From Octopus sinensis (Eukaryota): a stretch of DNA of 28,806 nt. A program made the translations under genes and the position numbers. Shown piece after piece: positions 20,948-28,806 of the stretch; positions within the stretch are counted from its first letter, which is position 1; every line of letters starts with the position of its first letter. The notes beneath the pieces are model-generated. The model saw only the letters and a list, made by a program, of their open reading frames with translations. It did no database searches and was not told the origin of the DNA. The stretch is taken from the NCBI RefSeq assembly GCF_006345805.1, contig NW_021833485.1:1-28806 (forward strand), read 5' to 3'.

Positions 20948-21309
20948 CATAGAAGGTATTATATATATACACCATGATAAATTCACCTAGTTACAAGACG
21001 TATATTCTGTATTTTCTTCAATGACACGATAAAAAGATATGATAACACACATATAAACAGTATCCACGCACACAAAATATACATGAATATCATTGTATTA
21101 CGAATCGATATAAAAGGGCCCATCAAACTAGGGACTTGTTGCTAGGGTTTTAGCAATTCAAATTTTCCTGGTTTATATCATTATATACGAGAAATTTGAT
21201 ATTTGAAATTTTTATAACGTTATATATTTTATTATCTCACTCCTAGAAATGAATTTTCATATTGATATATTGGTATGTAAAATATTCCATAAGCCACACA
21301 AAGAAGAAA

Positions 21310-21338
21310 GATGTGTGTATATATATATATACACAACT

Positions 21339-21387
<49 letters not shown>

Positions 21388-21451
21388 AGATAAAGATATA
21401 TATATATGTGTGGTGTGTATATATATACATATATATATAATATGTAATATG

Positions 21452-21499
<48 letters not shown>

Positions 21500-21790
21500 A
21501 TGTATGTATATATATATATATATCTATATATATATACATATACATACATACATATATATATATGTAAAAACGTGTGTGTTTATATAACTGTATGTATACA
21601 TACGTGAATATATGTATTATCCAATCATTTTTGAGCTGCTTTCCCCTATATAGAGCATATCTGGATCTGATAAGGGTACGCCAGGCACATGCACATACGC
21701 ATGCACACACTCACACACATACACACACAGACGCACACATGCAGGTACTCACACACACGCACGCAGAAACACACACACACATAGGTACAC
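21310..21790. repeat. (TA)n/(TG)n and (CA)n tracts
   Basis: Direct. Confidence 0.85.
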
Positions 21791-21919
21791 GTGCGCACAG
21801 AGGTATAAAAACTCAAAGACGTGTGGACACACGTTAAGAGACACAATCGAAAGCACCATCAATGAAAGAAAAATAATAATAATAATAAAAAACAAAGCGA
21901 ACGAAACCGGCAAACAAAG

Positions 21920-22015
21920 ACAACAAAGTTAACAACAACAGTAACAACATAAATACCAGCAGCAGCAGCATCAACAACAGCATCATCATCAACAGCAGCA
22001 GCAGCAAAAAGATAA
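21920..22015. repeat. (AAC)n/(CAG)n/(CAT)n array
   Basis: Direct. Confidence 0.8.
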
Positions 22016-22125
22016 TGACGTCAACAGAGCTTTGTTCCTGGAGGGTTTTTATGAAGTTTGAAGATGAATAATCGAACGAATCTGCGAGTGAAGGAAACTA
22101 GACTATTTCCTTTAGAGATAGATAC

Positions 22126-22174
22126 CTTATTACATTGATATAACCAGCGGTCATCTGGCTAAGTTCTTCTCTCT
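22126..22174 (-). CDS. Candidate 49-nt exon ([16 protein letters not shown]), possible FERM F3/PTB-like C-terminal helix
   Basis: Acceptor gtttgaaatccatag| and donor AAG|gtatct; open frame; 7/14 identity to the talin F3 helix EQIAQLIAGYIDII as recalled. The match is short and could be chance. Confidence 0.25.
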
Positions 22175-22282
22175 CTATGGATTTCAAACACACAAGTATA
22201 GAGAAATATACGAATATATCTAGAGACGCGACGAGTATGGATGTACACGTGTACTTGTACATCTTTCTCACTCTCTCTCCCG

Positions 22283-22685
<403 letters not shown>

Positions 22686-23531
22686 ATACTTTACTTTGGT
22701 TGTTTTCTTGAAATATTTTGTCCTCAATGAAATACTGAATAGATCCAAAAAAAAAAAAATAAATAAATAAAGAATAAACAAATGTTAGTTTAGTAATTTA
22801 ATATTGTAGTCACTCCTAAACAGGAGGCTTAATCTGAAAACAAGGTAACAATTCACTATCTGCCTACAAGGATATTCCCGCTAGAATATTAAGTTTCCTT
22901 TTCTATAAAATATATATTTTCTTGATACGAAATATTCATCGTGTATTGTTCATACTGATTATTATAGCTAAATCTTTGGCAATATGCATAGAAGGCAAGT
23001 TTTGTATATTCCATATTTTTGTACGAATGTGAAGGGTTTAGTTACTAAATACTTCAAGGCATTTTGTTTAGTGTTCTCTCTCATCTGAAATTGTGTATTG
23101 TACTGTAAAAACTATATTACCAATATTATCGTATTACGTATTTCTGTCCACATTTCAATTTTCGCCAAAACTGATTTTGTTTCGTCTTCTTCATCCAAAG
23201 ATAAAAAGATGAGCGGTTGTTTTATCTACTTTTGTTGTTGCTTGGCTTCAGGTCATTACAGATCGATGAAAGCTTTGATCAAATGCACTCCAGTTGTGAC
23301 CCACCTCTCTTATGCTTTTAGTCATATATAGAGCATGTAAGGTCACATCATCCGAAGCGTACTATTTAGTTTTAAAAAATTAAAAAAAGACGACGTCTGG
23401 TAAATGATTTAAGAAGCAGCCCCTTAATTCTCACAGTTTGGTCGTCCACATACTAGCTCCTACACTTAGTTAAGGATTGGGATTTAAATTTGTTTGAATC
23501 TTGATACTAAATCAGTATTAAGGTGGCAGTA

Positions 23532-23747
23532 AGGCGGCGAACTGGCAGAAACGTTAGCACGCTGGGAAAAATACGTAGCGGTATTTCGTCTGCCTTTACG
23601 TTCTGAGATAAAATTCCACCGAGGTCGGATTTGCTTTTCATTATTTCGGGGTCGATAAATAAAGTACAAGTTGCGTACTGGGGTCGATCTAATCGACTGA
23701 CCCCTCTATCTAAAGATTTTGGACCTTGTACCTAGAGTAGAAAAGAA
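23532..23747 (+). mobile_element. SINE family A, full length, with target-site duplication
   Basis: Head AGGCGGCGAACTGGCAGAAACGTTAGCAC; flanked by TATTA(A/T)GGTGGCAGTA at 23516-23531 and 23748-23763 (15/16 identical). Confidence 0.88.
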
Positions 23748-24434
23748 TATTATGGTGGCAGTATTTCCGGAAAAGGAGAAGAAAGAAAGAAAATAAATAA
23801 TTGTAGAAAGCAAACCTAGTAGGCCTGAATAGCCAAAATGACTTTGAAAAAATTATTTATTTCGTTTTCAGCTTGTGACAAGAATATTTTTAAAAATCGG
23901 GCTGTAGTTTGGTTGGCTCTATTTGATGTTAAATATGTTTTCCTGCTAAAATTGTCCATATACACATCGTACGAATGCCATCAAATGTTAGTAAAATATG
24001 GCTGACTGAAGCTACTTTTGTGTGTGTATTTTCTAGCATAGTTGCAAAGGAGATGTTACCAGAAATGTGTAGGACACACCTGAGAAAACAAGCCATTATA
24101 CTGGCTCAAGAGTGAGGACATGTAGTGCAGCAACAACGAGTATTAAGGATGGTAGAAACGTCTGTCCTAGAGTCTTGTCATTTCACTCAACAATACTCGT
24201 GCTATTGCATGAGAGTTCTGTTGCCTTCGTCGTTGGGTGGCTCTGGGTATCTCTGGTCTTACGGTGGTCTTACGGTGGAAAGAGCGGGATAACTTACAGG
24301 GGTGCTTCGTTTCTTCGTGAGTCATAGACTCCTGTATCTGGAGACGAATTACAGCAGTACCCTAACTCCATAAGTATCTGACACAATACACAGAGATCAA
24401 CGACAAGAAAGAACTTGTAACATTACTTGCGATT

Positions 24435-24545
24435 TTGAGGCGACCTGCTTGTAGAATCGTTAGTAAACCGGACAAAAGGCATATCTGTATTTCGTCCTTC
24501 TTTACATTATGAGTTCAAATGCAGCCGAGACCAACTTCATCTTTG
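24435..24545 (+). mobile_element. Degenerate SINE family A head
   Basis: gtagaatcgttagtaaaccggacaaaa...gtatttcgtcc...atgagttcaaatgcagccgag. Confidence 0.6.
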
Positions 24546-24719
24546 GCAGGTTATCCATGACCGTAATATTGGCCTCTAGAAAGGATGTTTGGTATGGCGT
24601 GGGATGGATGTATGTGTGTAGGTATGTCTGCGAGATGTGTGTGTGTGTGTGTATGTAGATATGAGCGGACGGAGATGAAAACAGCATCAGCAACAACAGA
24701 AGCATCACAACCACCATTA

Positions 24720-25320
24720 CTAAGAAGCAGGAGATGAAGAAGGAGGAAAAGGAAGAAGTATAGGAGGAAGAAGGGGAAGAAATATAGGAAGGGAAAGAAG
24801 GAGAAATATAGGAGGAGGAGGAAAAAGAAGGAGGGAGAGAAGAAGAAGAAGAAGAAAAGAAGAAGAAAAGAAAAGTATGAGGAGGAGGAGGAGAAGAAGA
24901 AGAAGAAGTAGAAGAAAAAGAACAGGAGGAAGAATGGAAAAGAATAGGAGGAAGAAGAAGAAGGAGGAGGAGGAGGAGGAGGAGAAGGAGGAGAAGGAGG
25001 AGAAAAAGAAGAAGGAGGAGGAGAAGAACAGGAGGAAGAAGAAGAAGAAGGAGAAGAAGGAGAAGAAGAAGAAGAAGAAGAAGAAGAAGAAGGAGAAGAA
25101 GAAGAAGGAGGATGAGGAGGGGTAGGAAGAAGCAGAAGGAGGGGAGGAGGGGAAGAAGAAGAAGGAGGAGTAAGAAGAAGAGGAAGAAGAAGAAGAAGAA
25201 GGGAGGAGAAGAAGAAGAAGAAGAAGGACGAGAAGAAGAAGAAGGAGGAGGAGCAGGAGAAGAAGAAGAAGGAAGAGGAGACGAATATGAACAAGAAGAG
25301 GAGGAAGAAGAACTGGAACA
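24720..25320. repeat. Polypurine (GAA/GAG/AAG)n low-complexity tract, about 600 bp
   Basis: Direct; very few pyrimidines on the plus strand. Confidence 0.95.
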
Positions 25321-25590
25321 ACAACAACAATAACTGCTGCGACATTGACCACAAAGCAACAACATGTAAAACCGTAGCAGCATGAAAACACATCAGCAAA
25401 GCTCCCGACAACAAAGACAACTGCAGCAGCAGCAGCAACGACAGCAACAACATCAACCACCACAACAAGAATAACATCAACAACAACAACGTCACCACCA
25501 CCATCACCACAACCACCGACAATAACAATGACAACTACAACAAAAACTACAACACAAACACGATCAAAAAACAACAACATGGCCAACATC
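25320..25590. repeat. (AAC)n/(CAG)n/(CAC)n low-complexity tract
   Basis: Direct. Confidence 0.85.
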
Positions 25591-25819
25591 ATCCACAAAT
25601 GAATGTCTCATCAGACGGATGTTTGAAGCAAATGAATACGGAGCAACGATCAACATTAGTCAAAATCAATCGACGTCAGTCAACGTTAAATATGTAAATT
25701 TGATGCAAATATATAATCCCGACTTTTAGTAATTTTCTTTTAAAATTAATTTTCTCAAAACTCACGATTAATTATAATTATTAGATCTATAAAAATTTTC
25801 CTAAGATTAGAATTTCAAA

Positions 25820-25838
25820 CATCTACATATATATACAT

Positions 25839-25922
<84 letters not shown>

Positions 25923-26014
25923 ATGTGTATACGTACATACATACATGCATGCATGTATATATATATATGTGTGTGTGTGCATACAGACATATACATAAAT
26001 ATATATACATATAC

Positions 26015-26047
<33 letters not shown>

Positions 26048-26064
26048 TAGATAGATAGATAGAC

Positions 26065-26144
<80 letters not shown>

Positions 26145-26160
26145 TGATGTGTGTGTGTAT
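25820..26160. repeat. (CA)/(TA)/(TG)/(GATA) compound microsatellite
   Basis: Direct. Confidence 0.92.
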
Positions 26161-26422
26161 AAATATATACAAGATGCAACAAGATATATAATTATGTAAA
26201 TATCTAATTATATTTTATATGGGGCACTAATGAGTAGTGTCACATGTTAGAAATAGAAGTCAAATTACACTAAGAATTACATTATTTACCACATTGGTAC
26301 GGGTTGAAATGGAGGGAAGTGAAGAAAAATGATTATTTATAAAGGGTTTAACCATAGATCAATTAATAGTTTAAGGATGAACATTTCTATGCATTATTTT
26401 TGGTTGTATATAAATATTTATA

Positions 26423-27086
26423 CGTGTTCTTATCAATAAGTATCCGGACTGTTGCTATAGTAACGAAGCTAAAGCACGAAGAGTAAAGCCGCTTGGCATA
26501 GATTCACCATAAACTCTTCTGTGCATGAGCACTAAGTTTTAACGTTCTAGCTCAGTTCCACTGTTTACAGCAGTGCTTGGAAGGAAGGTGTGTAGCGTGT
26601 GATCGTCGCATTGAACACAACAGAGAAAGTTGAGCAGAGAATCTGCATCAAATTTCGCCAAAAGCTTGGCGATACCTGCTCAGAGGCCAACGCACACTTT
26701 TCGAAAGTTTTCATTGTTTTCGACACAATCAAGGATATCGTGTGCAAGTGCAACCCAAGTGTCCTTTTGGTCAGCTGAAAACAGTTTTGGCACAAGCTTA
26801 GCAGACACGCGTCTCATACCCAAATTATTAGTGATAATGGACTGAACTAGACTGTAACTAATCTGCACATCCTCTGATAAATCACGGATGGAGATTCGAT
26901 AATTTCCCCTCACAGTTGCACGCACATATGAGATATTTTTCTCAGTTCTGCTGGTTGCGGGTTTCCCAGAACATTCGCCAGTAACGACATTTTTGCAGCT
27001 ATGTTGAAAACGTCTAAACTGCCCGAACACTTGTTTGCGGCTCATATACTCCTCTCCATACACTTTCTGCAACTCTGCTGTAACTG
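26423..27086 (+). mobile_element. Mariner transposon 5' part with internally inverted transposase pseudogene
   Basis: TA|CGTGTTCTTATCAATAAGTATCCGGAC TIR-like start. Plus strand 26617-26694 reads TEKVEQRICIKFRQKLGDTCSEANA (ATG lost). Minus strand 27075-26695 continues ELQKVYGEEYMSRKQVF...SGKPATS...GMRRVSAKLVPKLFS (WVPxxL motif). Confidence 0.85.
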
Positions 27087-27220
27087 TATATTTTTGCATA
27101 TTATTTTTATAATTTGTGTGTATTTATTTTACTATAAATGCAAAACAACATCATAGAGGAATAGACGTGCGCTTAAATGATAACTGCGATAGTGAACCGC
27201 GATATCGCGAGGAATTACTG
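27087..27220 (-). mobile_element. End fragment of a pogo/Tigger-like element related to the MITE at 18066
   Basis: Reverse complement CAGTAATTCCTCGCGATATCGCGGTTCACTATCGC closely resembles 18066-18100. Inner boundary approximate. Confidence 0.7.
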
Positions 27221-27221
27221 A

Positions 27222-27271
<50 letters not shown>

Positions 27272-27399
27272 ATATATATATATATGTATACATATATGTA
27301 TGTATATGGTAATGCGTGTAGACCTACCTACAAACACTAATGTTTTATGACTGTCCTTCCAAATTTGGCAATACAGTACTCCTGCATTCGGGGTCATGG

Positions 27400-27465
27400 A
27401 ATTAAGTATCAGTCAAGTATTGGGGTCGATGTGCCCCCACCCGCCAAATTTTCAGGTCATGGGCC

Positions 27466-27467
<2 letters not shown>
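27400..27467 (+). mobile_element. SINE family A tail fragment
   Basis: aattaagtatcagtcaagtattggggtcgatgt...aaattttcaggtcatgggcctata, running into (TAA)n. Confidence 0.6.
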
Positions 27468-27518
<51 letters not shown>

Positions 27519-27519
27519 A

Positions 27520-27555
<36 letters not shown>

Positions 27556-27598
27556 AATATTATTATTATTAACAATATTATTATTATTATTATTATTA

Positions 27599-27637
<39 letters not shown>

Positions 27638-27660
27638 TTATTATTTTATTATTATTATTA

Positions 27661-27728
<68 letters not shown>

Positions 27729-27735
27729 CATTATT
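27468..27735. repeat. (TAA)n switching to (TTA)n at 27518-27521
   Basis: Direct. Confidence 0.95.
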
Positions 27736-28613
27736 CAGTAGTTTTATTTTTATAGCGTGCTTTCACTTCACTACCGAGCGCAGCTCTGTGTGCCTTGGGT
27801 ATGTGCTGTGATTTGTTGTGATGCTCTGATGGTTATTGTATGGAAAGTGTTCTGCGTAGGATGTGTGCAGTGCCTAGTAGTGCAATTTTCTGTATGTTAT
27901 ATGTGTTTGTAGTCCTGCTGTTTTTGTTATGTATTTTATCGAATATTTTTTTATCATGCTAATGCACCTACTATGATAGGAATTGTTTCTGTTTTCAGAT
28001 TCCACATTCTAGTTACCTCTATTTCCAAGTCTCTGTATTTTCAGAGTTTCTCCATTTCTTTTAGAGACACGTGTCATCTGCCGGTAGATACATCAATTAG
28101 AAAGCATTTTTTTTCTTCGTGATCTCTGACTATATCTGGTCTGTTGGCCTTAATTCTCTCTATCTGTGTGTATCGGCATATCCCAGAGTATGGTTGCTTT
28201 CTCGTTTTCTGTGACCTTTTCTGGTGTGTGCCTATACCATCTTTTTTCTGTTGTTTATCCCATAATGGTTGGCATAGCTTCCAATGTATGTAGGTTCCAA
28301 CTCTGTCATGTCTGTGGATATATTCCTTCTTAGTCAGGACTGGGCAGCTAGAGATAATATGATTTATTGTTTCTTGTCCATCTCCACATATTCTGAAGTT
28401 ACTTGTAATATTTCTTTTCATTACATGTTTTTGGTAATTTCTGGTGGGGAGGCTTTGGTCTTGTGCTGCAATTAAAAATCCCTCTGTTTCTGCTTTGAGT
28501 CCTGAGCTTCTCAACCATTGCTGGGATTTTTCTTTGTCTATTTCTTTTGCGTTTAGTTTAGTGCAGTATTTGCCATGAAGGGGCTTTTCTTGGTAAATGA
28601 AGGAGCTTTTCTT
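27736..28613 (-). mobile_element. 5'-truncated R4/Dong-like non-LTR retrotransposon (zinc knuckle, restriction-like endonuclease and 3' UTR), pseudogenised
   Basis: Minus-strand translation across frameshifts: KPLHGKY...WLRSSGLKAETEGFLIAAQDQSLPTRNY...(C>F)RICGDGQETINHIISSC (CCHC knuckle)...RHDRVG...ANRPDIV..CFLIDVS (PD..D RLE)...KYRDLEIEVTRMWNLKTETIPIIVGAL...ILRRTLSIQ* (stop at 27833-27835). Flanked on both sides by (TAA)n. Confidence 0.88.
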
Positions 28614-28617
28614 ATTA

Positions 28618-28695
<78 letters not shown>

Positions 28696-28751
28696 TTATT
28701 CAGTAGTATATTTTTTATATCGTACTATCACTTCACTACCGAGCGCAGCTC

Positions 28752-28806
<55 letters not shown>
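28614..28806. repeat. (ATT)n array
   Basis: Direct. Confidence 0.95.
28701..28754 (-). mobile_element. Second, 54-bp 3'-terminal copy of the R4/Dong-like element
   Basis: 48/54 identical to 27736-27789 and embedded in (ATT)n on both sides. Confidence 0.8.

Noticed and set aside
24502-25598. Three ORFs of about 300 aa on the minus strand and R/K-rich ORFs on the plus strand
   Set aside because: They result from the purine/pyrimidine tract; plus-strand frames contain stops and no domain is present.

Overview
This is AT-rich, microsatellite-saturated eukaryotic DNA with no recognisable intact gene. The tRNA-headed SINE families and repeat landscape resemble an octopus (coleoid cephalopod) intron or intergenic region; that assignment is inferred from recalled repeat sequences and was not checked by search. 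SINE family names A-D are my working labels. Nearly all long ORFs in the track are simple-repeat artefacts. Coding-derived sequence is limited to three decayed transposon remnants: a Tc1/mariner-superfamily element (5896-6546), a mariner with an internal inversion (26423-27086) and a 5'-truncated R4/Dong-like RLE retrotransposon within (TAA)n (27736-28613). Also present: about 20 SINE copies or fragments (two with clear TSDs), a Helitron-like element, a pogo/Tigger-like MITE and a 250-bp fold-back element. The most interesting signals are minimal type I hammerhead ribozyme motifs of the Penelope-like kind. One (12453-12500, minus strand) has a compensatory U3-A8 core and is nested inside a SINE. 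Another (18971-19018) lies downstream of a Pol III B-box-like head. A few short candidate host exons are listed at low confidence.
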